DNA from: Paramecium tetraurelia
Lineage: Eukaryota
Direction of reading: 5' to 3'
DNA length: 58,506 bases
NCBI GenBank assembly: GCA_000165425.1
Contig: CT867990.1
Location: 248,001 to 306,506, forward strand
Shown here piece by piece: positions 12,456 through 24,832 of the stretch. How positions within the stretch are numbered: position 1 is the stretch's first letter; each line of letters opens with the position of its first letter. Made by a program: the position numbers and the translations under genes. The notes beneath the pieces are model-generated. The model was not told the origin of the DNA. It did not search any database and was given only the letters and a program-made list of their open reading frames with translations.

Positions 12456-13211
12456 TCATAAATGACTCCTGGCCAAATCTGATATTGGTCCTTCCAATTC
12501 CAGCAATTTGGCCTGTCCTTCATCCGAATACAAAAGACACTGCTACGGCCACTCATCGAATAATTTTCCATTAAACTCTACAGTTTCTCCCCCTTGCGTA
12601 TGATTTTATAACACGTACAATTTCCCATTAAACTTGGTACACATTAAATAACATTCAGTATCAAATTTGAAATTAAATTTTAGTTTCACATCTATTTCTG
12701 CAGGAATGAGCTCAATCATTCCTAAATCATATTCGTATGAACCATAGAGATAAATGATCTGCGAATTGTTTTTGAAAGAGTCCGCAGATACTACCACCTT
12801 GGCTTAATAAACAAGCAGTTTCATTATATCAATTTGAATTGTGAATTTTCCTTTATTAATTTGATATTCTCTTTATTTCAAATTCAGTGGTTAATTTACA
12901 TTTAAAGTGAGGTTGGCTCGTTGACTTACCAATCCACCTATTTACAGGACTGCAGTTTGGTTATTATCAATGATGAATGTCTTTTACAAAGGAGTAGGAT
13001 AAAATGTCTATTTGAACAAACCAAGCACATCGACTTCAAACTTCTCCTACTTTAGCAGGAAATATCCTTGCTCATTGCAAACCACCTATTATCCATCATA
13101 CGAGATTGTCAAAATGGCTCCAACTGGCAATTTATCTCTCGTTAATAATTAACCCAATTCATTTACTCTTCTTGCAAATAGTAAGTTAATTACTAAAAAT
13201 ATATATAACAT
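12456..13211 (-). CDS. Hypothetical secreted protein (251 aa)
   Basis: Intronless code-6 ORF with signal-peptide-like start MLYIFLVINLLFA. Confidence 0.65.
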
Positions 13212-13245
13212 AAGTTTAATTTATAAATAAAATACACTCAAGATC

Positions 13246-15112
13246 TCACTTAAAATTCCACTTCATCTTGATTAAATACTTCAATCTGATCTAAGCAATG
13301 TCATAAACAATGAATTCGTTGTACAATAAAGATGTCTACATAAATACGATTTTTTACATTAGGAACACCAGAAGGAGCTCCTTTTCCAATTGGCACTTTG
13401 ACTTCTGGCATGCCTGGGAATGGAATGTTTTCAGATTGGGGAGGCATTGTCTTTCCTCTTCCCCATGTGCTGTGCTTACCTTAAGGCAATTGGTTAGCAT
13501 AATAATCTGAATAGAACTTCTCATTTGGATTTCCCAAGGCCACATCACACAATAATATCAATCCTGTGTTGTTTTCTTTTGTGACTGCGCAATAATTTGC
13601 TGATTTTGAAACCATATCTGCAAAATATACACCCTATTTTGATGAATTTAACAATTACCTTTCCAAACATATATCCAGTGACTGGAGCCTCAGGGGGGGC
13701 AATCCTTAATCCTTAACTTAGAATACCCACAAAGTTTGTAAGTCTAGATCCATGCCATAGCAACATTCTATTGCCTAATTCTTTTTTGAATCTATTATCA
13801 TCTTGATCTTTCTGCAATTCAAAAACATCCAACACTTCTAATCCATATCCTCTATGTGTTTCGCAATGTGTATTTTATACAAATTACTTAATAGTTGAGA
13901 CTTTTTCATCAGTGGGTTCTAAGAATTGCATATTGATTCCTAATTTTTTGAAATTTTCGTCAATTGCATTGGTGTCCTCTGAATTTTCTTCTAAAATCTT
14001 AGTAGCAATTTAAATATGTTGAATTGCTTCGAGCATATCTAATTTATTTTTAACCATCTAAGGAGTTTCAATAACAGGAGCTCTTAAATATCCAAAATCA
14101 TGGGGGATCTGACTATAAAACTCACTTGAGAGTCTCTATAAGATCGATTATTCGGGAGTCTTTTTTTGCAATTCCTCCGATATCTATTTTAGAACATCAA
14201 ATCCTTTTTTAATAGTGGAAACTGCCAATTTCCCCAAAGGTGTTTTTTTAGCATCATAACCAATACTAATGATAAATAGATTAACAATACTCTTTCATCT
14301 AATTATTAATCATCTTCATATCAAAAATCAATCTAACCAGATCCTTTATCTTTGCATGTAATTTGCTTTTATTGTATGATTCCTTCTCCCTTTCCTCTCT
14401 GAGATTCTCCAACTTCTCCAATTCCTTAGGATCTTGTTCTCCACTATAATCCCTTTCCAACACTCTATATTCTCCTTTAACACTTTTCTATCTCACTTTA
14501 CTCTCATAGGCTTTTTTTGCAGATTCAGGTTTCAGGAATGATTGTTTGGCTGAAGAGCCTTCAACGCCAACTCTGCCCCATCTTGTGTACAAATAAAAAA
14601 AGTCTAAATATTAAGATGATTTCTTACCCTTATCCTTCTTTTTCAATAATTGAACAACATAAAACTTATTGTTATTATTATCATCCATAATATTGGTTTG
14701 ATTCATCATGCAATCGTAAATTTTACCATTTTCTTCATACACTACAAAATTCTCTTAATCATCAAAATATTCATCAACAGGTGCACTTTTAGTACTTTTA
14801 TTGATATTTGAAGTATCATCCTTCTATTTGCCATCCTAACCATTTTTTATTGGAGATGGAGAAGTTGATTTTTTAGAATCCTTTTTTGAGTTCTTCCTTG
14901 AAGGAACCTTCTTGGGTGAAACATTGGTTTTTCCATCCTTATCTTTCGATTGTGATACGTCTTTGACAGCTTTATCGATAACTTCTCTATAATTGTTATA
15001 TATGAGAATACTATTTTTTATCCTCTGCTTTATCAGTTTTTTTAGATCTCGTTGCTCTACCGGTTGGTGGAGGTGAACTAGTGACTTTTGGAGTTGATTT
15101 CTTGGGAGGCAT
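13246..15112 (-). CDS. Poly(ADP-ribose) polymerase, PARP2/3-type (basic N-terminus, WGR, regulatory and catalytic domains)
   Basis: [85 protein letters not shown] catalytic triad intact. Confidence 0.96.
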
Positions 15113-15274
15113 TGAAAAAGTAGATATCAAAATTAATAACCCTGATTGATTATGTTTGATATTTATAGAATGAAATCAGAATTAGTTCAGAATTAAATAT
15201 ATAAATATATTCGATCAGTAATTTTGCTTCTAAAAATAAAAATATCAAAATAAAGAGATTTCATATTTTTATTC

Positions 15275-16210
15275 ATATCAGTTATATTGATAAATAGGAA
15301 TCGACAATCTGATTCCAAATCTTCGTTTGAGCATACTTCATTTGATTTTCCACTTGCCTAAAATCTGTTAGCTCTCATCTCCAATATATCACTAAATTAA
15401 CAAGCAGACCCTGAATTACCACATTTGTATCATTAATCAGGAGTAGAGAAAATTAACATAAATTAATCTGTGTAGATAATGTAATACCCGTACTTAATGA
15501 GAACTCAGAAATACTACTCAAATTTTTTGTTTACCAAAATTAAGTAAACACATCCTAACCTAATTTTTATCCACACTTCTTTAAGTTTCTCCAAATCCTT
15601 TTATATCCTATTGATTTGTTTTTTTCCAAAGTAATTCACACATCTATCTATTATTAGAGATTTTTAACAATCTATTTTTAGTGCTCTTCCATAAAATATT
15701 TTACAATAACACTGCCATACATCATCTAGTGTCTTAAGATCTTAAAGTATTCCAAAATATACGCACTACACCTTCTGATCAATTAAATCCTGATAAATAA
15801 TGGCATTCAATCACAGGATTCAATTAGATAAACCCAAATATTTAAGGAGCTAAACTTCCTCGTGGTTTCATCGTGTAATCAAATTGGAGTAAGAATTCAA
15901 GATTCTTGGTTTCCTCTTAACAATGTTATTTTTTCATCGTTCTTGATTTTTAATGCATAAAGCAAACAAATTGAATCTTTATTGTGAGATCCTCTTTTAA
16001 CATAATCCCCCAAGATCAGATAATTTTAGTCTCAAACTTCCCCTGATTGTTTGATAATCTCAAAAGAGATCATACAATCAACTGGAGGATTGATTCATGG
16101 GACATTTCCTTCTTCAATGAAGATTTCTCTTATTTTGACACACTATTGCTTTTCTTCTTTCTGGTTCAATAGTTCTCAATTTTCAATGAGATGTCTAAAT
16201 CAGTTTGCAT
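15275..16210 (-). pseudogene. Decayed PP2A/PP4-family Ser/Thr phosphatase catalytic subunit
   Basis: VKIREIFIEEGNVP*INPPV...[12 protein letters not shown]...[19 protein letters not shown]...FSTPDQ*YKCGN. Multiple in-frame TGA, a frameshift near the start, GDIHG motif missing. Confidence 0.85.
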
Positions 16211-16256
16211 AATTGTATATATATTTATTTATATATGAAATTCTCTAAATAGACAA

Positions 16257-16618
16257 TCAATTAGTTGGTTTGTCTTCTATGGCTTTCTATTAAGTTGATT
16301 CCCAGGTCAATCTTCTGATTAATAATCTTCCCTACAATGTTGCATTAAAGAGATGCATGCAAAATAGAATGTAGCTTTGGGGAGATATCCTGAGTGCCCA
16401 TCTCATAAATAATGATGAATAGCCTAATTATTTGAGAGATTCTTACAAACCAACACACATTGCATCTCCTTGCTGATTTTGGCAGGATCTCTATTCCAAT
16501 CATACAAGGCTTGAATTGGGAAAAACCAATTGCACACTGGAGCCCAAAAATGAGTAGTTTTGGGGCCAGTTGAAGAATGCACCCAAGTCCAAAACATTCC
16601 TGAAACTTTGCTAGCCAT
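16257..16618 (-). CDS. Mitochondrial pyruvate carrier (MPC family)
   Basis: GPKTTHFWAPVCNW...YSSLFMRWALRISPQSYILFCMHLFN; one 23-nt intron. Confidence 0.93.
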
Positions 16619-16959
16619 TCGATTATATTATTATTAATATTAATTTCAAATCCGAGCTCCGCTATTAATCATCGTAATATTCCAAAAATATATATATTTG
16701 AACTTACACTAATTATTAAATTGAATTCGTAGTTATTGAAAGAGTGCTAGAATTTAATTGAAGATGCGTGTATCTTGAACTTGAACCAGGGTTGAATATT
16801 AATAAATTAATTAACCAATGTTATGACATATTTAATAATTATTATTTATTGTAAACATTTCAATTGCATTTAGTGATAAATCGCACATGCACAGGTAATA
16901 TGTTTGCTTTTTATAAAAATAACAAAAATATAACATAAAAGTCATGTTCTTTTATTGGC

Positions 16960-17197
16960 TCATCCATTGAGAGGTGCTAGCATTGGGTCCACGATATTCC
17001 TTTTGTACTTAGGGGCATCTTTGATATCTCTGAAATCAATCAACTATAATTCTGAGGAGATGTTGTACTTTCTTCTTGAATTTGCGTCTTTCAATACAAT
17101 GACAGCCACAGAGGATGAATGCCAAGACTACAATTACGACTTGGGAGATAATCCAGGAGTAGAATTCGAATTTATTATTATCTTCGTTCTCAGACAT
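16960..17197 (-). CDS. Small single-pass membrane protein (~70 aa)
   Basis: MSENEDNNKFEFYSWIISQVVIVVLAFILCGCHCIERRKFKKK, then a 25-nt intron, then LIDFRDIKDAPKYKRNIVDPMLAPLNG*. Confidence 0.6.
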
Positions 17198-17222
17198 TTA
17201 TGTTAATTTAAATTATAATAAT

Positions 17223-19050
17223 ATGAATTAGGGAGAGCATCTTAACAAATATGAGGATGATCAAAAATTCACGGAAGGAGATCAAACGTTCATCAACGAG
17301 CAGACGGACGACGACAAACGATTCTCCAACACTGTGGTGGACAGACAGGAGTAGGGGGGATTGGAAGCTTTGTTGGTAAGTGTGAATGTATATTGAATTA
17401 GGAATTGGACAATCGAAATAAATAAGAGTTTTTGGGTTCGGAGGAGAGAAACATCTTCACGGAATTCATTGTTATCTGCCAGATCAGGAAGGATAAATAT
17501 CTGAGTGAACAGGATCCGCATCTTTAGTTTTTGATGGAGAAAGCAGTCTACAAGGGGGTACAAAAGATTCTCATTAAAGCCTAGAAGATCCAGGACAAGG
17601 AACAGTGGCAAGTATCATTGATTACGATATTAGAAAGAGCAATAACAATTGATGAGACTCTTCTATTCGGACATGAACATTGGTTTCATTACATCAACAG
17701 GGTAACTGAAATCAACAGTGTTCATCTATGTCCATCAATCTATAGCAAGTTGCTTGGACAATCGTCAGATAAATTTGAATTTTAATAAGGAAGATCTAAA
17801 AATCGTAGCCAACTATTTCTCAATTGATGAAAGGAACAAATCCAGCAAATCGAGTCCAGAGTTCACATCCCCTATATTGACTAAAGAGAAAACAGAAAGA
17901 GAGTAATTTAAACAAAATAGTGCAGGTTCAAAGACTATATCCCAGAATGAGGGTGAGATTGAAAATCAATTGAAAAGAAGTCTGCCTCTCTGCCATCAAA
18001 CCAATTGGCTCAAATAAGAGTTCATCAAGAAGGATTACTTTAAGAAGCAATTCCTCATCCTCCAAAAAACAAATGAAAATGAACTCAAATCTGGAGTCCA
18101 AATCTTTTTTGTTTATCGAATCAAAGATGATCAAATCTATGCAGTGAAGAAAGTATAATCAATTCAAGTCTATGTAGTCTTAATTAGCTTCAAATGTCAT
18201 ATCCTTTTTCGATGTCTTTTCAACAGTCAACCTATCAGAAATAACAAACGATCAAAGAAAAATCAGAGAAGCCAAAATTCTATCCAAACTCAACCATCCC
18301 AACGTTCTAACTCTCTACGATTGGTGGATCGAAGAAGAAGAATCAGGCTACTCCCTATTCTTGATGTCCGAATACTGCTCCTATCCTGGACTTAAACATC
18401 AAACCAACGACCTACTCAACTATGCCTATTATTATCTGAATCCCATGAACTGCAAAGAAAAGATAGAACAAATCAAAACAATCATGCTCTAAATCATGGA
18501 TGGACTAGAATACATACACAAACGAGGCATCGTTCATAGAGATCTGAAACCGGAGAACATCTTTGTCACTTACGGCATCGACTGTCAACTCCAAGTCATG
18601 TTGGCTGACTTCGATTAAGGAAAAGATGTTAGGGAATCCAAACTCTCCATCATCACAGATGAGAAACTCAACGACCAAGATCTCAATTCCATCAAATCAA
18701 GGAATACCATTAATTCTGGCACCAGCGGTTATGCTACTGTCAATTCGTAGATCAACAAGGAGTATGACAAAATGGATGAGTTCTATGCCTTAGGGGTCAC
18801 TCTTCTTCATTTGATATTGGCATTCCCTGGATAACCCAAAAATCGCAATCTATATACTAATACGTTTGCTATTAGTGACATTTCCGATGTCCTTCTCTTA
18901 TTCGACAGTTGGGCTGTAAAACTAGTTAAAAACAAACATCCAGAATTTAATTTCCAATAATATTTTCATCTTATGGAACTTGCTAAGGCACTTCTTGAAA
19001 AAAAGGTTAAGGAACATGATCACATCAGAAAAATCATTCAAAGTTGGTGA
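17223..19050 (+). CDS. Atypical eIF2-alpha-kinase-like protein kinase
   Basis: [67 protein letters not shown]; three introns. Confidence 0.82.
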
Positions 19051-19270
19051 AATGTTGGAATTCACCTTAAGATTGTTATTGGTTTATTTATATTAATTTA
19101 TTGTCCTAATTAATTATTAGTATTATTATTTCACTATTATAATCTATAAAATTGCAGTAAAAATCTACTCCGATATGTCACCATAATTTGGCTTTTCAAA
19201 TATCCTTTTTTACCAGGTTTCTTTTTATTTAAGATATTAATTATGCTGATTTCTTAAAATAATAATATTA

Positions 19271-20878
19271 ATGGGAACTTGTCAAGGAACCAAAAAATCT
19301 CAATAAGCAAAACCCGATCTTGAAATCCAAATCCCCAACAACGATCATCTTGACAATACCAAGAAATCCCAGATCTAGCAATCCAAAAGTGCTGGTTTAG
19401 AGAAAAAGACTCCCGTAACTTCATAAAGACAATCTTTAAAAAGTCAACCTTTTCAATTCAACAGTGCATCTAGCGATTAAGCTTTCAAAAGTAGATTTTC
19501 AACCCCCATGGTTGATCTAAAAAATCTTGAATAAGATCAGGTAAGATCATCTAAACATAAAACAACATTTAAAATGAATGCAACTGTAAAGAAAGCTGCT
19601 TTCTCCAAGTTTTATTCTGTTCAATAAAGCAAGAAAAATAGTTTCTCTAAAATACCTGGAGGGAGTATAGTAGTTCAACATAATATGACAGGAAAATTGC
19701 ACTATGCCGATATTTTGGAGAACACATAAGCTACCAAATTCTATGTTGATGAATTATTGAGATGTCAATTGGTAATATTATATAATAATTATGTTTTTAG
19801 CAACATCCAAATATCACGAATGTTATAGAAATTTTGGAGGACAAATCTTAATATATAGTTATCAAAGAATGTGCATAGGGAGTTCCAGTTTCATATTTTG
19901 AGCCTCCTGAGAAATAAGCTTCCATTTTAAAATAAATCATAGAGATAGTTTGTTACTTGCATAGTAAAAATTTAATACATGGAGCATTATGGCTGGGAGC
20001 TTTCGAAAGAAATAATGATTTAGTTAAATTGGTTGATATCTAGAGTATTTTCATAAGACATGATCCAACGAACCATGACGCTGAATATATGGCTCCAGAA
20101 TGCACTTTGGATTCCTCTATTTACACTAAAGAAAGAGACATCTGGGCTGTGGGAATGATAGCGCATAATCTCATGTGTGGTAGATATTTTAAAGTGTCAA
20201 ATGCTGTGGATATCTTGAAAGAGATCGAATAGATCAGAATCAAAAAGCATATACATCTTGAGAATTCCTCGATTAAAGAGTTGTTGGAAAAGTTCTTACA
20301 CATTTCTCCTGAGAAAAGAATCACTCTCTAAGAAGCATTAAAAGATTAATATCTACCTAAGACTAATGAGATGGAGGAATTTGATCAAATTTTGGAGAGA
20401 AATAAAAAATTAAAAAAAATAAGTGTTCTACAACAATGTTTATTGTTGTTATTTATAAATTAATTTGCAGAAGAATAGAAGGCCAAATTTTAGAAAGTCT
20501 TTTAGAACCTCGATGTAGATTATGATGGCAAAATTTCAAAGAATGAATGTTTAGCCTTGCATCCTGATAAAGGAGAGCAAATTAATTCTCTTTTTAATTT
20601 GCTCTCATTAAAGGATAAAATGGATTTTTAGGAGTTCTTAGTTATTTCAGTTGACAGGTCTTAGTTGCTAACTTCTCAAAACATTGAAATCATATTCAAT
20701 CTGTACGCAACAGTCAAAAAATATCTTCTTTTACAAACCTTAGTCAATATATACAAATCACGAGAAAATGAATTGCAAGAAGCCTTTAATGAATACGATC
20801 ATGCTCATGTACATTATATTCTCATTAATTTAGTTAAATTTTAAAAATTTCGAAACTCTATTGACAGATTTGTTGTGA
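19271..20878 (+). CDS. CDPK-like pseudokinase with EF-hand(s)
   Basis: MGTC acylation-type start; HPNI, YMAPE, DIWAVG, KRITLQEAL; EF-hand LDVDYDGKISKNE. Catalytic loop reads HGALWLG. Confidence 0.8.
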
Positions 20879-20957
20879 TCTTTATTAATAATAATATTTG
20901 TTTGCCTTTAAAAATAACATCAATTATCAAAATAATTATTTAATAATTAACCATCAA

Positions 20958-22954
20958 TCAACTATCAGCTACCATAAAAGAGTCCACTACTGCATAACCT
21001 GCTGCCACTCCTCCTTCATTATCTAAGTATCTTTTTGTCCTAACTAGATACCCCCCGACTTCATTCACCAATATATTCTCTCCCTCATTTATGAAATACC
21101 CAATAACACTAATTTCACTTATCACAGCTTAAATATCTAATTGACCCCTTCTCATCATGAATCCGATCCTAGGAATCGGTTTGATTCTTTCCATTACAAT
21201 AAACTCAGTTCTTTACTCAGGAGTCAATTTCAATAGTTCAGGAATGATTTAATCATCGTAATAATTGTTTCCACCTCCTTCTCTTTATGGTTTCAACACA
21301 TAATCATGAGGATTCTATTAGATCATTTCAATCAACTAATAATATTAAATGAGTCGAAATTACCTTCTCGTGTTAGTCCTCATGATCAAAACCCCAAATT
21401 TTACAATAATTCTCACTTATGAGTTTGGCTTCATCTTTGTTCAAAAACTTCTGGATTTAAGTTTCATCTAATAAAATTTGTTAAAGTTTCTTAAAATTCA
21501 CTAATTAAGTATTCAAACTTGGACATTTGAGTGCTTTGCTTAATTCAATCATTTCTCTTATACTCCAGCATTCCTGAAATGATATCAATAAATACTTCAT
21601 TTTCATATTGATCAAAAGTATATCCAGTTCTAAAATACACCAAAGCTACTTCTTATCCAAATGCTCTTAGAATTCCATTCTCTGAAGTGATGTTACCAAT
21701 TAGTCTTAAGAATGTAGTTCTTTTACTCAAAATTCCTAATTTTGCTAACCCTTTTTCAATGTATCTCTAATCATATATATTTCCTTCAAATTCTGCTGTT
21801 ATTATTAGAACAATAGCATTTTTATTATTGTACAGTTCATATGCTTTGTGTAATGCATCAACCATGATATCATGATTTAAGTCTTGTTTCACTTTAACTT
21901 TGTAGTTCTCTCTTATTTACTTATAATAAGAATCAAATAGAAGTGAATGGTACTTCTGAACTCTATCTGAAATAAACCCAAAACTTATTGCTATGCAATT
22001 ATATTCTACTTGCATCCATTGATTCAAAGAAGCATGGTGCAAAAAATCATTTCTCACGATGCAAATTGTATAAGGACATTTTGTTTGTGACTTTTCTACC
22101 TTGGCTTATATTGAAATCATTCTTCTTATGAATTCATCATGCTTTGCCAATCTTCCCAATATACCAGTGTACCATTCAAAATCCATACCCATTTTGGCAA
22201 CCACTTTTTACTATAAGATCGTTTTCTTCTTTATATCATTGATTATATCGTAGTTTATCTAATTAATAGATTAATATTATACATATAAGGGGAACAAGCT
22301 AACAGGGCAATTATCTGGAAATTATTTGCCATCCTCCTTGTATCTATACAATATTCCTTGACATTAGGCAAAATCATGGAAAGTTGGTAAGTTAGTCTAT
22401 ATGATTCCTTTCAAAATATTTTGAGCATTCTTTATATTGGGCGAAAAATCCTTCATCATAAAATCCACATTGAAGTAGTAATTCTACAAAACATTATTGG
22501 ATAAGACTTTTGCTAAGAATTAATACAAAATTTGATATTGATTATAGAGTATGTTGGGATACATATTGTTAACAATCTCCAATAGCTCTACTAATAGCAA
22601 GTCTGAGACTGATAGTAATTTCTCATGTTCTAAGTATTTGAATTGATTTTGGATAATATAATTTTAGATATTATGACAATGTTCATAGATTTCATTTTTC
22701 TTGTCAACTCCTTAATGAAAAGATGATTGAATAGTTTAATAAAATGGTTTGAGCTATTCTAATTTATTGATTGAATTTGTGAAATATTTGCTATAATTTT
22801 CAAGTTTTTCTGAAATCTCAACTAATTTTATTAATTATTCAAAAATGCAGATTTCTTGAACATATTCAAATTAAATGGGCAGATTGAGACTCTTGACGAT
22901 GCCGTGAAGAGGTTCTGATCCAAAGCGGTATTGATATGGCTAACTTTAAATCAT
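20958..22954 (-). CDS. GSS: Glutathione synthetase (eukaryotic type) with ~190-aa GST-like N-terminal extension
   Basis: CPVSLFP, IVRNDF, VEYNCIAISF, EGNIYDQRYIE, VYFRTGY, KPQREGGGNN, SEISVIG, GYLVRTK, EGGVAAGYAVVDS. The frame is open without a break from ATG 22954 into the GSS domain. Confidence 0.92.
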
Positions 22955-23227
22955 TAATTTATAAATAAAAAAATTAATATTCCTTATCATTTATTTTTAA
23001 ATCAAGAATTGAGAAGAAAAATTATAATTCTTATATTTTTATAATTAAATCTAAATTCTAAAATATCACTTAGAATTAAGTTCCTATGCGAGAAAACGAG
23101 TTGTTTCAATATTTTAATAACAAATTCTCCTATAATAAATTATAAAATTGTTAATTCAAACACAAGAGCCCTAAAATTCTCAGTAATTAAAAATATTTAA
23201 TATTATATGACGCAAAACTAATTAAAA

Positions 23228-24560
23228 ATGCTGCTCTGCGTATTTTAAGTAGCTTTTGTATCAGCTGGACTCTATTTCTATATATTCTGGAAGAAATTAG
23301 ATGATGTAAAGATTACATTGATAATATTCAGAAACCTTATTATGAATAGCTTGCTTTTGTGTATGGGCTAATTTTAGGATTCACAGAATTATTGGTTGCA
23401 ATAATTTTATTCATTCTAATGAAAACTCATGTTCAAATAACATCCCTGGGAATGATTGGTCGCTACATTCGATAGAACTGCTACAAGGAATATTACGCTC
23501 TGATAATAATTAATTTAGTATAGAATTTGATAATTTAGGCATTTCTGATATCCTTCAATATTATTTCAATAGTGGACTCAGAATCTGTTAGTTTCAACAC
23601 TATTTAATCGCTCCACTTCATAGCTGCCTACTATATTCAAGCAGTTCTCTTCACAATATTTTCAAATGACTTGCTAAAGCGAAGAGCCTTGATTCCGAAC
23701 GAGTTTATGTTCGAAAGAGAGGGAATCTTCCGATGCGCCTATGAAGTTCTCTATTACATAGTGTGTTTATTCATTGTCTTAAGTAGATATATATATATCA
23801 AAATATAGGTTACTTTTTGGTTACCCATTTCGAGAAATTGCCTGAACCAAATCAAACCTTGTGTCAATTAATCATATTCACCTTGCTCTACCAATTCTAT
23901 TCCATAACTAAGTTGGGTATTTTGATAAAAATATTTTTGATAATCACAACTACCAGGCTGCTCTACTCAGCAGCCAACTCTATTAACTAATTCAAGGATG
24001 ATTCTTAGAAAGGATATTAGATCACTTTGATAGTGATCACAATCATATTTTTAATCAGAATGGTGTAACAATGTTTAATAGGTGCAATAAGAGCAAGGGA
24101 GGAATACTTAAATTAGACTTAACATCAACCTCCCGATATTCTGAGTGCGTTGAATTTATTACCACCCAGAGACCCCTACATAAGACAATCGGCATAAGTA
24201 ATCAGTGAGGAGTAAATTGAGATGTTGCCTGTGTAAAAGTTTAAGATGGAATTTGAATTTGTGTGTTCGATATGTGACATGAATCTTCTAAAGAATGAGA
24301 TGGTGATGAAATTGAATTGCTCCCATATTTTCCATTCGGAATGTTTAAAGCCTTGGATTAGAATCAAGAACTCTTGTCCGAATTGCAGACAGCAGATACT
24401 TAGTTAATTCACTCAATAAAATTAGCACGATGAGATTCCTTAACATTTACATCAATAAATTCTACGCATTCAAGCTGAAGCTCCCCCTCCAATAAATGAA
24501 ATAAATTAACAATAACAAATAAGCGAGGTACCTCAAAGATAGATGGAAATACAAGAATGA
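23228..24560 (+). CDS. Transmembrane RING-H2 E3 ubiquitin ligase
   Basis: Hydrophobic N-terminal half; CSICDMNLLKNEMVMKLNCSHIFHSECLKPWIRIKNSCPNCR. Confidence 0.85.
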
Positions 24561-24832
24561 GTTCTTTTTATATTAATTAATTTTATTATTAATCTGAAAA
24601 GGTTGTGATAACCAAAATTACTTACCTATTTTGATTGCTATTAATATGTAATTAAAATTATTAGTCTTGAATCGTGAATAATAGCACAAAATATTGAAGT
24701 CATTTAATCATAAATTTCGCAGCCCAAGGAAATTAAATGAAGACAATGGCTTATTTAAATAAATCTCAAAAAGATATTGGGAAGCATTTAGCGATAATTA
24801 AAAATTTCATTAATTAAATTATATCCATCTCT

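Noticed and set aside
15275..16210. In-frame TGA as selenocysteine or readthrough in the phosphatase relic
   Set aside because: The TGAs come with a frameshift and loss of catalytic motifs, so decay is the simpler explanation.
16620..16950. Longer intergenic gap as a possible ncRNA locus
   Set aside because: No tRNA, snoRNA box or convincing hairpin recognised by eye; an Infernal/Rfam search would be needed.
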